In this document: positions 49,674 through 59,881 of the stretch, piece after piece
Layout of the letters: the number at the start of each line of letters is the position of its first letter
Numbering within the stretch: position 1 is the stretch's first letter
From: Candidatus Bathyarchaeota archaeon
Lineage (GTDB): Archaea > Thermoproteota > Bathyarchaeia > Bathyarchaeales > DTEX01
Length of the DNA: 64,000 nt
Direction of reading: 5' to 3'
NCBI GenBank assembly: GCA_018396435.1
Contig: JAGTRG010000001.1
Span: 9,659-73,658, forward strand
The notes under the pieces: model-generated
Databases searched by the model: none
What the model was told of the DNA's origin: nothing
Seen by the model: only the letters and a program-made list of their open reading frames with translations
Made by a program: the position numbers and the translations under genes

Positions 49674-49680
49674 TACTTCT

Positions 49681-49899
49681 CTATTCCTCCTCAGCTTCCT
49701 TCCTTCTTTCATAAAATTTTATGAGATCATCTATTACTTCAACATGCGATAGAAACATCCGCCGGCAGCAATAGCGTATTAGACCTAAACTGTCAAGAAT
49801 CTTTTCCGGGCTCTCGCCATTTTTCACTCTTCTAGCGAATTCCTCCCATTTATCACCTATAAGTTTACCGCACGTGAAGCATCTCACAGGAATTATCAT
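49681..49899 (-). CDS. rpoN: RNA polymerase subunit N (Rpo10)
   Basis: [11 protein letters not shown]...RYCCRRM. Confidence 0.97.
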   Translation of the reverse strand: MIIPVRCFTCGKLIGDKWEEFARRVKNGESPEKILDSLGLIRYCCRRMFLSHVEVIDDLIKFYERRKEAEEE

Positions 49900-49931
49900 C
49901 TTCTCAAACCTTCCCAAAAGTAATGTGATCT

Positions 49932-50351
49932 TCACCTATAACTCTTCTGGTCTCTAGCCCTAGCGCCCGGCCCACCAAACTTTTTAGGCTCTTTCCTTCT
50001 AGGGTCTCCGGATATTAAAGTTCTGTCAAGCTTCAGGAACGCTGATTTTATATGTGTACTTTTCGTCCATTTAACCAGTGCCCTAGCAATTGCCATTCTA
50101 GCCGCTTCAGCTTGACCCATAAATCCGCCGCCCTCCACCTTAACATTTATATCTAGGTTCTTCCAAGCTTCCTTTCCAGCATTAATTAGGGGCTCAAGGA
50201 TTTTTAGGCGTGCAACCTCAGGTTCATATATCTCAATCGGCACATTATTTACGCGTATCCTTCCCATTCCAGGCTTCACGGTTGCCTTTGCAATTGCAGT
50301 TTTCCGTTTTCCACTTACAACCAAAACTTTCTTCGCTGTTGAACTTGACAT
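49932..50351 (-). CDS. rps9: 30S ribosomal protein uS9
   Basis: [31 protein letters not shown]. Confidence 0.97.
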   Translation of the reverse strand: MSSSTAKKVLVVSGKRKTAIAKATVKPGMGRIRVNNVPIEIYEPEVARLKILEPLINAGKEAWKNLDINVKVEGGGFMGQAEAARMAIARALVKWTKSTHIKSAFLKLDRTLISGDPRRKEPKKFGGPGARARDQKSYR

Positions 50352-50361
50352 TACTATTCAC

Positions 50362-50796
50362 CTATCCTTTAATGGCTTGAGCCAGTTCGGAAACAGTTAT
50401 GTAGCGGCCCCTTAACCTGCTTACATCAGCCTCAGAAATAGTTTCCATGTTTTTACCCTTAAATTCTTCAGGAATACCCACATACACCCTCAACCTTTTA
50501 AACGCTTCCCTTCCACGCGGGGTTTTATATGGTAGCATACCGCGTATAACTTTTTTAACAATATTGTCTGGTCTTCGGGGGTGAATAGGCCCCTTTTTGG
50601 GATGCCCAACTTGAAGAAACTCACGTTTTTCCCGGATTATACTGAGCCTTTTACCCGATATTACTGCGTTTTCAGCGTTCACTATGATGATTTTCTCGCC
50701 GCTGAGAAGTCTTTTAGCAACTATGCTGGCCATTCTCCCAAGGATTAAACCCTCGGCGTCAATTATAGTTGTACTACTATTGATAACCGCGCGCAT
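50362..50796 (-). CDS. rpl13: 50S ribosomal protein uL13
   Basis: IDAEGLILGRMAS, VNAE, GP.HPRRPD, RGMLP. Confidence 0.96.
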   Translation of the reverse strand: MRAVINSSTTIIDAEGLILGRMASIVAKRLLSGEKIIIVNAENAVISGKRLSIIREKREFLQVGHPKKGPIHPRRPDNIVKKVIRGMLPYKTPRGREAFKRLRVYVGIPEEFKGKNMETISEADVSRLRGRYITVSELAQAIKG

Positions 50797-50803
50797 CTGT
50801 AAA

Positions 50804-51172
50804 TCACCTAATTATTTTAACGTTAGAACCTTTAGGGTTCGCTTTTATTAGTTCAGGTATAGGTAAACATTTCCCCTTTGCCTTAATTATTTTCTGGCGT
50901 GCCCGATCCGAGAAGTCGAGGGCTGCAACCTTAACTGGGTGGGTTATTAATCCGGCGCCTAAAACCTTGCCGGGAACAACAACTTCATCACCATCTTTTG
51001 TGTAGCGGTTTATGCGGCTTACATTAACGGCTATGCGTTTTCTTCTAGGCTTCGCTAGGTTTTCAGCCACGGTTTTCCATATGCTGGCTTCATTCTCCTT
51101 AGCGGCCTCTCTTAAAAAGCGTATCAGCCTTATAAGCTCCGGATTAGTGATTTTAAGATTTTTCAATCTCAT
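50804..51172 (-). CDS. rpl18e: 50S ribosomal protein L18e
   Basis: TNP.L, VNVSRINR, VVPGKVLG. Confidence 0.95.
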   Translation of the reverse strand: MRLKNLKITNPELIRLIRFLREAAKENEASIWKTVAENLAKPRRKRIAVNVSRINRYTKDGDEVVVPGKVLGAGLITHPVKVAALDFSDRARQKIIKAKGKCLPIPELIKANPKGSNVKIIR

Positions 51173-51983
51173 CTGATAAACCCTCAATCTGGCTTATAAA
51201 TTCAGAATATTTATCTTCATAAATCTTTAGCGCCTCAAATATTATTCGTTCAACAGGTAAGGCGCCTGTTGACTCAACATAAAATATGAATTTATCCTCA
51301 TCCCAGCTCACTTGAATTGGCGTAGGCTTCTTCTCGCAAGCCCTCACGCAGTCATTGCATAATATGCATTCCATTTCCTTCACAATCTTTATGCCGCCGC
51401 CTTCTTTAGCGAGAACCCCCTTCGGGCAGATTTCAACGCATTTCCCGCAGGCATCGCATGTTAAATTGTCTATCTTAAGCATTGGCACATATCTGTAAAT
51501 GCAGGATGAGACGGGCTGCCACTTAGCATGTTCCCTCCCCCTGCCAAGCTTCGCGTATGCTTCAAGCCTTATCTTTTGCCCAGTTGCCAACTTGACTATT
51601 GGGATTTTATCGCTCACAGGTACCACCCTGGGGTCCTCTGGAATTAAGTCGCCGGAATATACTATGCGAATGCCGTTCTCCGCCTCAACATTGAGGGTTA
51701 AGATCGCCCTGCAGCGGCTGCATCCAAGATCGCTTTTACAGACGCATTTCTCCGGAAGATTATATGAATCTAGATCTGTTTTAAGGGGGATTAACCCTAA
51801 TCTTAAAGCGAGGATTTCATCATGAAGAACAGATGAATTCTCATATATTATTATATCATCCATGGCCATTGTGGGAACTTCTGAGAGAATTATTCTCCTA
51901 AGCGTATTCGCTAATGGAGCATTTATTCCCTCCACTATGAAATGCATAGAAAAATCATTCTTCTCAAGCAGATTTACACGCAT
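51153..51983 (-). CDS. rpoD: RNA polymerase subunit D (Rpo3) with ferredoxin-like Fe-S domain
   Basis: ANTLRR, NSSVLHDEILALRLGLIP, HAKWQP; CDACGKCVEICP and CILCNDCVRAC. Confidence 0.96.
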   Translation of the reverse strand: MRVNLLEKNDFSMHFIVEGINAPLANTLRRIILSEVPTMAMDDIIIYENSSVLHDEILALRLGLIPLKTDLDSYNLPEKCVCKSDLGCSRCRAILTLNVEAENGIRIVYSGDLIPEDPRVVPVSDKIPIVKLATGQKIRLEAYAKLGRGREHAKWQPVSSCIYRYVPMLKIDNLTCDACGKCVEICPKGVLAKEGGGIKIVKEMECILCNDCVRACEKKPTPIQVSWDEDKFIFYVESTGALPVERIIFEALKIYEDKYSEFISQIEGLSDEIEKS

Positions 51984-52072
51984 GACTTAATCCTCTGTGG
52001 AGCGATGAACGTTTTCTCATAGAGAGCAAAGAGGGATATTTCAATCTTTCCTTTCTACATGCTTCTATAGGG

Positions 52073-52486
52073 CTAAACTCTTCTACCCCTACGCCCGCCC
52101 TTACGCCTAGTGCCATCGTGGGGTATGGGAGTGGTCTCTTCTATACGCCCAATCATCCTGAAACCTGCCCTGGCTAAAGCCCTTATGGCCGCCTGAGCTC
52201 CTGGACCGGGCGTCCTTGGTCCTGAGCCGCCTGGTGCACGAACCTTTATGTGTACAGCGGTTATCCCTTTATCCTTCGCTACGCTGGCTGCGTATGCTGC
52301 TGCCCTCATAGCCGCATATGGTGATGACTCCTGTCTATCAGCCTTAACGAACATTCCTCCAGATGCCCTTGCTATTGTTTCCGCCCCTGAAAGATCAGTT
52401 ATGTGAACTATTGTATTATTATAGGAGCTGTATATGTGAGCTACCCCCCATTTCTCCTCTTTCCTACTGCTCACCTTATCCTTCAC
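52073..52486 (-). CDS. rps11: 30S ribosomal protein uS11
   Basis: [36 protein letters not shown]. Confidence 0.97.
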   Translation of the reverse strand: MKDKVSSRKEEKWGVAHIYSSYNNTIVHITDLSGAETIARASGGMFVKADRQESSPYAAMRAAAYAASVAKDKGITAVHIKVRAPGGSGPRTPGPGAQAAIRALARAGFRMIGRIEETTPIPHDGTRRKGGRRGRRV

Positions 52487-53024
52487 CTCCGCTGGATTTA
52501 GATGATGCCTCTATAACTAGCCTCAATGGATGCTCTGGATTGCTGAAGGGGCTTGTAGACGAGTACATTATGCTCTTCTCTTCCTCTTTACTTACGATGT
52601 AGCTTGGGGAATAGACCACCCTGCCATTTACGGTTATGTGTCCATGCGTTATAAGCTGGCGGGCCTGATTGGGAGTTTTAGCTAATCCCTTTTTAAAAAC
52701 TATTGTCTGCAATCTTCTCTCAAGAACATCTTCAACAGTCATGTCTAGAACATCGTCTAATACGGCGTTTTCAGATAAAAATCCTAAGCGCTTAAGTTTC
52801 CCTAAAAGCTCCGCCTCAAGTTTAGATCTTCTCTCAGCTGGCATGCTCATTAAAGACCTCGCTACGCCTCTAAACTTTGAAAGCATCGTTTTATGACGCC
52901 AAAGTTCACGTTTATTCCTTAAACCATACTGCCCAAGTAACACAAGTTCGCTTTGAAGTACGTCGCTTCTCCATGGGAATCGAGGGGTCTCATATTTTTT
53001 CTTAGGCTTCTTAGGGTCTCCCAC
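52476..53024 (-). CDS. rps4: 30S ribosomal protein uS4
   Basis: [37 protein letters not shown]. Confidence 0.97.
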   Translation of the reverse strand: MGDPKKPKKKYETPRFPWRSDVLQSELVLLGQYGLRNKRELWRHKTMLSKFRGVARSLMSMPAERRSKLEAELLGKLKRLGFLSENAVLDDVLDMTVEDVLERRLQTIVFKKGLAKTPNQARQLITHGHITVNGRVVYSPSYIVSKEEEKSIMYSSTSPFSNPEHPLRLVIEASSKSSGGEG

Positions 53025-53029
53025 AGCCG

Positions 53030-53485
53030 TCACCTCCTGACTTTAGATTTCGAAACGCCCACAGTTTTACCAGCTCTACCAGTGGTTTTAGTTCTTTGTC
53101 CTCGAACCTTAAGTCCGTAAGCATGGCGGTAACCACGCCAACACCAAACGCTCTTTAATCTTTCTACGTCAGCCTTAACCTGCAAATCAATATCTGAAGA
53201 AATTAGATGCAGATCCTTTCCGGACTCTATATCCCGTCGGCGATTAAAAAGCCAGCTTGGGATGCCGTGATCGGGAAGGTTTCTAATAATTTCTTCAATT
53301 TCATCAATTTTCTCATCAGTTAGATAACCCGCCCTCGTTTCAGGTGAAATTCCGGCTTTCTCAGCAATTATGTATGCAAGCCTTATGCCCACGCCTTTAA
53401 TATCGCTTAGAGCGTCCACTACATTTTTCATCCCATCAACATCTTTATCCACTATGCGGACGATATGTCTGAATCCAGTTGACAT
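53030..53485 (-). CDS. rps13: 30S ribosomal protein uS13
   Basis: [33 protein letters not shown]. Confidence 0.97.
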   Translation of the reverse strand: MSTGFRHIVRIVDKDVDGMKNVVDALSDIKGVGIRLAYIIAEKAGISPETRAGYLTDEKIDEIEEIIRNLPDHGIPSWLFNRRRDIESGKDLHLISSDIDLQVKADVERLKSVWCWRGYRHAYGLKVRGQRTKTTGRAGKTVGVSKSKVRR

Positions 53486-53609
53486 CTTCAGCTAAGCCCT
53501 CTGTGAAGGTTTCCGCAAATAACAAGGAAAGAACACTTTTTTATTTAAATATATCGCCTCAATCAGCGCCTTAGCCAAAATATATTTATTAGATTCGCCA
53601 TAAAATATT

Positions 53610-53852
53610 ATGGGGATGACCTTGGTTTCAGCGTGCGTCTTAATTAGAACTGAACACGGCAAATTTGAGGATGTGGTTAAAGCGTTAAACCAGATAAAAA
53701 GGGTTAAAAAGGCTTTTCCAGTTCTAGGAAGATACGATGTTGTAGCTGAAGTTGAGGCCGCGGATATGAAAGAGCTAGGTTCAACGGTTCTTAGGATGAG
53801 CAGACTGAGCGGCGTGGTTTTCACTGAGACCCTTATAGAAGTGGAATATTAG
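53610..53852 (+). CDS. Lrp/AsnC ligand-binding (RAM)-domain-only protein
   Basis: ACVLI, VLGRYDVVAEVEA, GVVFTETLI. Confidence 0.85.
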   Translation: MGMTLVSACVLIRTEHGKFEDVVKALNQIKRVKKAFPVLGRYDVVAEVEAADMKELGSTVLRMSRLSGVVFTETLIEVEY

Positions 53853-53871
53853 GGCTTGAGGAGGTAATGTA

Positions 53872-54096
53872 ATGTTAAATGCATGCATCCTCTTAAAAGT
53901 TATTCCAACAAAAGCTGAATCTATTCTTAACTCTATAAGGAAAATCGAAGGCGTTAGAAAAGCATATTTGACCTATGGTAGATTCGATATGGTTGTTCTC
54001 TTAGAGGTAAAGGATTATGCGGAGCTTAGAAGCGCAACTACGGCGATAAATAGCATAAACGGTGTGAGAAGCACGGAAACGCTCGCAGAGGCTTAA
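53872..54096 (+). CDS. Lrp/AsnC ligand-binding (RAM)-domain-only protein
   Basis: ACILL, TYGRFDMVVLLE, GVRSTETL; SD GAGGAGGT upstream. Confidence 0.85.
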   Translation: MLNACILLKVIPTKAESILNSIRKIEGVRKAYLTYGRFDMVVLLEVKDYAELRSATTAINSINGVRSTETLAEA

Positions 54097-54152
54097 GCCT
54101 AACCTGACTGAAGCACAGCACGATGCCTTCTCCATTATACTGGTGTTCCTCA

Positions 54153-54971
54153 ATGATATTTTTTGTAGCCTCAAAAGCTGACCTGGCCGGATTAAACATA
54201 GCTAAAAGCCTCCTAAAACTACTCAATTTCAGGGAGACCAATGAAAAATTCTGCGGGAACACTGTTTACTCGGCGATTACTCAAAATTCTGAAGAGGCTA
54301 AGCTAGTGTTTACTGATGATGAGCCAGTGAACACTCAAAACTTGCCATATCCGAAGAATTTGAGAATGGTCATTTTTATATCAAGACATAGTAGTAGAAG
54401 CGGAACCCCAACGCTTTCTGTTCATACCCCAGGAAACATCGGTGAGGCGGCTCTCGGGGGGCTTCCGAGAAAGGTATCCATATCGCCGGCAAGCGCTATG
54501 AAGGCGGCTCTTGTTGAAATGAAAAAGGCTCGGGATGAAATGGGCCTTTCTTATGAAGTCTCATATGAATGCACGCATCACGGTCCATCTCTTGATATTC
54601 CAGCGATGTTTGCTGAGCTTGGTAGTTCTCCGGAGCAGTGGCGCGATGTTAAAGCGGCTGAAGCAGTTGCAAGGGGAGCTGTGGCAGCGGCTGTAAATAG
54701 TGAAATTTACCCGGCGATTTTAGGAATTGGCGGGCAACACTATAATGAGAAGTTTACTCGAATAGCCTTAACAAGTAATGTAGCTTTCGGGCATATGATT
54801 CCAAAATATGCTCTGCCAAATTTTGATGAGTATATGCTAAGACAATGCGTCATAAAAACTGTAGAGCGTATTGAAAAGGTCCTTTTTGATTGGAAGGGTA
54901 TAAGAGGCGCTGATAAGGAGCAGCTAATTAAAATTTTAAAAACCATGGGTTTAGAGATGGAGAAGGTGTAA
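54153..54971 (+). CDS. dtdA: D-aminoacyl-tRNA deacylase (archaeal DTD2)
   Basis: SKADLAG, SRHSS, LSVHTPGN, ECTHHGP, FAELGS, GGQHY, GHMIPKY. Confidence 0.92.
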   Translation: MIFFVASKADLAGLNIAKSLLKLLNFRETNEKFCGNTVYSAITQNSEEAKLVFTDDEPVNTQNLPYPKNLRMVIFISRHSSRSGTPTLSVHTPGNIGEAALGGLPRKVSISPASAMKAALVEMKKARDEMGLSYEVSYECTHHGPSLDIPAMFAELGSSPEQWRDVKAAEAVARGAVAAAVNSEIYPAILGIGGQHYNEKFTRIALTSNVAFGHMIPKYALPNFDEYMLRQCVIKTVERIEKVLFDWKGIRGADKEQLIKILKTMGLEMEKV

Positions 54972-54995
54972 TTATCCATTTACCTTTTTCTTTAC

Positions 54996-55871
54996 TCAGC
55001 TGCTCGCCTGCCCTTTCTCCTGAACCTTCGCCTCTAAAGTTAAGGCTTCAATATGCGCTCTTCTTATCAGCTCAGGAAGGGTCTCTGGCAGGAAGGCGCC
55101 GGAATTTATAGCTAGGTTTCTTGCTTCAGAAACTGCTTTACATAGTAATATTGTGACTGTTTCATGGGTTGGGTAAGCTGCATTTACAGCTAGGTTCAGG
55201 GCTTGAGCATAGGCTTCTCCAATATTTTTCTTATACTCTTCGATATCTAATTTCAGATCGCTCTCCGTGATAACTGTTCCCTCATCATACGCGGCTTTAA
55301 GCGATAAACCAAGTTCTATCGGTTTGATTCCAAGCTTTGATAGGACGGATGCGAGGCTCTCATTTATCACCGTCCCCTTCTTTGCAACAACGGTTTCCCT
55401 ACTGACCCAGACGCTCCCGCTTTCTATACGCGTCGGTATCCCAACAGCATTCAGCTGGCTAATAATTGGACCTGGCGGAAGCCCCGTATTTCCCGCCTGA
55501 ACAACGATGTCTTCAGTCGCTATATCTCCCGCCTTCGCAGAAGCCTTCACTCTGCTTTTTTCCATTAGCAGCGCAAGTTTAAATGGGTTATAATTTGTGA
55601 ATATATATAAATTTGAGCCCTGCATAAACTCCTTAAGCTTCTCCGCACATTCATTTTCTCCAAGATCCCTGAGGGCTCTTTCAACCAACGTATTCTTATA
55701 AACTTTTAAGTAGGCAATTTCCTCCATTTTCCTCCTTATCTCCTGCAGCTGCGTTGCCCTAACCTTGTGTAGGTTGGCAACCCCCAATATGCGGTACTTT
55801 TTCATCAAAGCCTTTATCTCATCAATTTTCTCCGACTTCTCAAGTAATGTTGACCGCATCTGAACTAGCAT
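54996..55871 (-). CDS. rplP0: 50S ribosomal protein uL10 (P0)
   Basis: LQEIRR, KNTL, AKAGDIA, GNTGLPPGP; follows rpl1. Confidence 0.95.
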   Translation of the reverse strand: MLVQMRSTLLEKSEKIDEIKALMKKYRILGVANLHKVRATQLQEIRRKMEEIAYLKVYKNTLVERALRDLGENECAEKLKEFMQGSNLYIFTNYNPFKLALLMEKSRVKASAKAGDIATEDIVVQAGNTGLPPGPIISQLNAVGIPTRIESGSVWVSRETVVAKKGTVINESLASVLSKLGIKPIELGLSLKAAYDEGTVITESDLKLDIEEYKKNIGEAYAQALNLAVNAAYPTHETVTILLCKAVSEARNLAINSGAFLPETLPELIRRAHIEALTLEAKVQEKGQASS

Positions 55872-55873
55872 TA

Positions 55874-56533
55874 TTAATCCTCCTTAATCTTGACTTTTAT
55901 CGGGGGTCCCATGGTCGCTTTAATATAAAGCGAGGAAACATTCTTTATTCCTCTCTTAAGTTTTCCCTCAATTCTCCTTAGAACCGCCTCAACATTATCA
56001 ATTATGTCGTCGTCGCTCATGTCTTCAGTTCCGACACGGCAGCTCAAAACCGGCTGCCCGCGGGCTCTAACACTTACCAGCTTCCTATGTCTCTCAATTT
56101 CACCCTCTATGTTTGCTGTTGGAGGTATGGGTGTTGGCATTTTACCCCGCGGTCCGAGGATTGCGCCAAACACTCTGCCAACTATTGGCATTAGGGGCGC
56201 TGTTGCGATAAATGAATCTGCTTTATTCGCTATCTGCCTCTGCTTTTTCTTATCGCCCATTAAACTCTCAATTTCCTCCCTTTCTAAAACCATGTCTGCT
56301 CCAGCTCTTCTCGCCCTGAGCGCAGCGTCTCCGGAGGCGAATACGCATACGCTTACTTTTTTACCTAATGGATGAGGCAGTTCAATAGTTTCCTGAATTC
56401 TGTTTTCAGGTTTTTTCAAATCTACATCTTGAAGGTTTATAATGAGCTCTATCGATTGATTAAAGTTCCTTTTAGGCGTTCTCTCCCTCAGCTCTTTAAG
56501 GGCCTCTTTCAAACGTTTTCTTTCTAAAGACAT
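55874..56533 (-). CDS. rpl1: 50S ribosomal protein uL1
   Basis: KRNFNQSIELIINL, LGPRGKMP, KATMGP. Confidence 0.97.
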   Translation of the reverse strand: MSLERKRLKEALKELRERTPKRNFNQSIELIINLQDVDLKKPENRIQETIELPHPLGKKVSVCVFASGDAALRARRAGADMVLEREEIESLMGDKKKQRQIANKADSFIATAPLMPIVGRVFGAILGPRGKMPTPIPPTANIEGEIERHRKLVSVRARGQPVLSCRVGTEDMSDDDIIDNVEAVLRRIEGKLKRGIKNVSSLYIKATMGPPIKVKIKED

Positions 56534-56591
56534 TTCGATCTCAGCCTAGAGACTAGAGAAATATAAATCGTTAAAATAAAAATGTTATTGT

Positions 56592-57095
56592 TTACGCCGC
56601 CTTGTTGACGCTTTCAAATAGGCTATTATATTTTCCTTCATCTATTTCTTTAAGAACATCCTTCGGGTTCTTACCGTCAATTGTGACGCCCATGCTAACG
56701 CAGCTACCTATGATTTCTTTAACAGCGGACCTGAGGTTTTTTGCTAGGAGCTCTTTTCTCTTTATTTGCGCTATCTTTACGACCTGCTGCATAGAGAGGT
56801 TGCCAACCCTTTCAACATTAGGTTTACCTGAGCCCTTCTGTATCTCGGCCTCTTTAACAATCAGGGCTGAGGTTGTCGGTATTCCAACGGAAACCTCAAA
56901 GGTTTTAGTTTCCGGATCAACCGTCACCCTCACGGGAACCTTCATTCCAGCATATTCTTTTGTTAACTCATTTATTTTGTTCACTACTGCCATCACGTTT
57001 AAGCCTAATGGGCCTAAAGCTGGACCTATTGGTGGGCCAGCGGTCGCTTGCCCTCCACTGATCACCAGCTCAACAACTCTCTTTTCAGCCGACAT
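56592..57095 (-). CDS. rpl11: 50S ribosomal protein uL11
   Basis: GQATAGPPIGPALGP, GMKVPV, GSCVSMG. Confidence 0.97.
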   Translation of the reverse strand: MSAEKRVVELVISGGQATAGPPIGPALGPLGLNVMAVVNKINELTKEYAGMKVPVRVTVDPETKTFEVSVGIPTTSALIVKEAEIQKGSGKPNVERVGNLSMQQVVKIAQIKRKELLAKNLRSAVKEIIGSCVSMGVTIDGKNPKDVLKEIDEGKYNSLFESVNKAA

Positions 57096-57099
57096 AATA

Positions 57100-57579
57100 T
57101 TACTTCTCCTTCTTCCCTTTCTCTACTAGCTTAACGTAATCAGCATGGACCGTGACTGGCAATGTGAAAGTTGCCTCCAGTAACTCTATTGTTATCTCCT
57201 CCTTAGCCTTATCTATATCCGTTATCTTGGCTCTCATCCCTTTGAATGGCCCTCCAATAACCTCAACAATATCGTCTATATCTAGTTCCTCGATGGCTGG
57301 CTTCAATGAGATGTACTTTTCAACCTCGGAGAAGGGTAGAATGCCAGGTATCCTGGATTTAACATGTTTAATGCCTGTTACTGCCCGCTCAACAATATGC
57401 GGGTTATCAGCCTCAACAAATATGTAGCCCCTTAGGTTTTCAGGTATAAGTATAGCTTTTATCGGTATTGCATTTACCTCAACCCTTCCCATCACAATTT
57501 TAGCAACGTTTTTTTCCTGACCGACCGTTGTGCCAACTGTGTAGAATCTAGCTTCTTCCCCACTCAAGATTTCACGCAC
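57100..57579 (-). CDS. spt5: Transcription elongation factor Spt5 (NusG)
   Basis: TVGQEKNVA, RGYIFVEA, KOW motif VEVIGGPFKG. Confidence 0.95.
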   Translation of the reverse strand: MREILSGEEARFYTVGTTVGQEKNVAKIVMGRVEVNAIPIKAILIPENLRGYIFVEADNPHIVERAVTGIKHVKSRIPGILPFSEVEKYISLKPAIEELDIDDIVEVIGGPFKGMRAKITDIDKAKEEITIELLEATFTLPVTVHADYVKLVEKGKKEK

Positions 57580-57760
57580 CGGGTAAGGGTATGCTGGCCC
57601 TGATGAAGCCTGCGAGCATGTATATTACGAAACCCAGTAGGCCAATTATGAGCACGCCTAGAAAACATATTTTTATAGATAGCCAAAGTTCATCTCTACT
57701 AGGCTTCTTCGCAAACTTAAGCAGCCTCATGCTCGCCTTAATGAATGAGACTAAACCCAA
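57572..57760 (-). CDS. secE: Protein translocase subunit SecE (Sec61 gamma)
   Basis: RLLKFAKKPSRDE followed by a TM helix; upstream of spt5. Confidence 0.9.
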   Translation of the reverse strand: MGLVSFIKASMRLLKFAKKPSRDELWLSIKICFLGVLIIGLLGFVIYMLAGFIRASIPLPGA

Positions 57761-57930
57761 CCTAATACACCATTCTAATTATTCAACAAAGATAAATGGA
57801 CGTATAAAAGCATAGCGCTCAACCTTCACTTACTAAACTTTTAACCGCGATAAGGTTAAGGGTTAAAGAGAAAACTTCGAAAAGCCACGAATGCGATGTT
57901 GCTGAATATACAGCGTGCGGATGCATCGCT

Positions 57931-59751
57931 TTACTCAAATATTCGAAGATGGCGATTTACAACTTCTCCAGCAAGGTATGCAATATCATTTTTGCTCATA
58001 AATCCTTCGCCGACGAGAAAATCATCATGCTTCTCAAGCAACTCGCGTATTGCCAACTCAATGTTCCGTCCCTCCTCCTTGTGATGCGTGATCTTCTCAT
58101 GGAATTCGCTATCCTTACATAGCGCGCAATATTGAATCCACAGCTTCATTCCCTTAACACGAGTGACCAGAATATCGTCGCATCCGGCTATAGGCATAAT
58201 ATCGCTGATTTTTCCCTCTAGAGTGTAAAGTTCATCAACAACCTTTCGCGTAGGCTTTTCAAACATTAGATGCTCAACTTTCTCCCTTAAATCCCGCATC
58301 AGATTTGCCGCTGTCCCATAGTAATGCTTAAAGAAGTCTGCCCGTGCAGCTTTTAGGTCTATATGCGGGTTCCATAGTAGCCTATGATAGAGCCATCGTG
58401 AGAGCGGGTCTGGAAACCACGCGTCGGCGGGCGGATTGCAGTCGAAGAATCCCTCAAAGCCCTGTTTATGATAAAACTGCATATCCATCTGCAATGTTTC
58501 ATGCTTAGGAATTAGAAACGTTCGACCTGTAGCTAAATTGCCGAGGAGCACTAGGTCGTAGTAATATTCAAACACTGTCTTTGTACCCTTATAGTTTTGA
58601 CTATTTAAATAACTGAGCCACCTCTGCAGATTATGGCGATATCTTAAATTAACCTGGTGATCGTTCACGAATGGCCCGTGCTGTCCTCCTCCCCTTGGGC
58701 GCGGTGCATAGAGGAAATCCATACTGCTTCCTTCATCAAGTAGGTTAACATATACGGGAGGTTCTTCACTACCGTGATATGCTATCCAGCCTAAAGTGCC
58801 TCGCCAATTGTGTTCATTTAACCTTTGTCGGATCTCATTCTGAATATGTAGATACCAGTCTGTGGCATGCTGATAGTCGCCTGTGGAGAATCTAGTGACG
58901 CATTTGCTACATTGGCATAACGCAATCTGCATTGTGTCTGCAGACCATATGTTTACATAATCTGCATCGTGACATTCGGTCATAATCCAGTTTACTGTAT
59001 TCTCAACAAACCAGTCGAAGGCTTGCGGATTTGAGAAGCAAAGCGATTGACCGCCCTCCCTAAAGTGCCAAGGCGGATTAAGACGTCTCACACCGTTTTC
59101 ATCAAGCGGCAACCAATCTTCACGCCCCTTATAATCCATCTTCTCCGGCTTACGTCCATCAGGGAAGAATCGCATGCCGATTAGAAGAGGCCAAAAATGC
59201 CCCCAAGTATATGTTTTCAACCCCAATTTTTTAACTCGCTGCCGGCCTTCGCATGTGGATATGTAGGGCGTGAAGTTGAATCCCCACTTAATCTGCTGCT
59301 CAGGTGTGCCGCTTGACGGTATGCGATTTATAAATGCAGGTTCACAAATAATGTTCAGCCTTTTCTGCAAGGTTAGCGTACCATATTTCGGCACAACTTC
59401 ACCTAGGGGTTCAGGTCCATAAAAGCGGCAGCCCAGCTGTTCTAATAGTGCATAGGCGCCATAGATGCATCCGCGCTCCTCAGAGGCCTCAATTATAACA
59501 TCATCGCCCCTCACATACACGACGTAACCGTCATGTTTCACTGAGCCCGTGCTTACATGAAAAACGATACATGATTCCTTTGAGTAAGTCTTCTTCTCAG
59601 CAATCGGCAGCTCAGCATTGCTCATCTGCCACACATAACGTTGCAGCTCGCTGGCCGCATAAGCTAAGGGGCCCTCATTTGGCGCTATTATGCTCGCCTC
59701 GGGCTCGCCATCTAAAACTAATACGATCTCATCTTTTACCAATTGAAACAC
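57931..59751 (-). CDS. DUF4838-like putative carbohydrate-active protein with GH67/GH20-type N-terminal domain
   Basis: AASELQRY, DGY.V, RGCIYGAYALLEQLGCRF, LCFSNP, CQCSKC, RLLWNP, FFKHYYG. Confidence 0.7.
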   Translation of the reverse strand: MFQLVKDEIVLVLDGEPEASIIAPNEGPLAYAASELQRYVWQMSNAELPIAEKKTYSKESCIVFHVSTGSVKHDGYVVYVRGDDVIIEASEERGCIYGAYALLEQLGCRFYGPEPLGEVVPKYGTLTLQKRLNIICEPAFINRIPSSGTPEQQIKWGFNFTPYISTCEGRQRVKKLGLKTYTWGHFWPLLIGMRFFPDGRKPEKMDYKGREDWLPLDENGVRRLNPPWHFREGGQSLCFSNPQAFDWFVENTVNWIMTECHDADYVNIWSADTMQIALCQCSKCVTRFSTGDYQHATDWYLHIQNEIRQRLNEHNWRGTLGWIAYHGSEEPPVYVNLLDEGSSMDFLYAPRPRGGGQHGPFVNDHQVNLRYRHNLQRWLSYLNSQNYKGTKTVFEYYYDLVLLGNLATGRTFLIPKHETLQMDMQFYHKQGFEGFFDCNPPADAWFPDPLSRWLYHRLLWNPHIDLKAARADFFKHYYGTAANLMRDLREKVEHLMFEKPTRKVVDELYTLEGKISDIMPIAGCDDILVTRVKGMKLWIQYCALCKDSEFHEKITHHKEEGRNIELAIRELLEKHDDFLVGEGFMSKNDIAYLAGEVVNRHLRIFE

Positions 59752-59881
59752 CTAAATAAGTTTTGAATAATCAGCCATTAAAAGCTTTTAAGCTTTTCAT
59801 TGGAAGGTGACTCAAAAGTTGTCACGCAATTTGTTTAAGCCTTAAATATTTTCTGAAAAATATTGTAGCTGGTGTTATCCT

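Noticed and set aside
51310..51480. Ferredoxin-like 2x[4Fe-4S] insertion in RpoD
   Set aside because: Already known in many archaeal Rpo3 subunits.
56602..57129. Long antisense ORFs (e.g. 175 aa opposite rpl11, 170 aa opposite gltX, several opposite ppsA)
   Set aside because: They are shadow frames of conserved genes with Ser/Ile/Phe-rich composition and no motifs.
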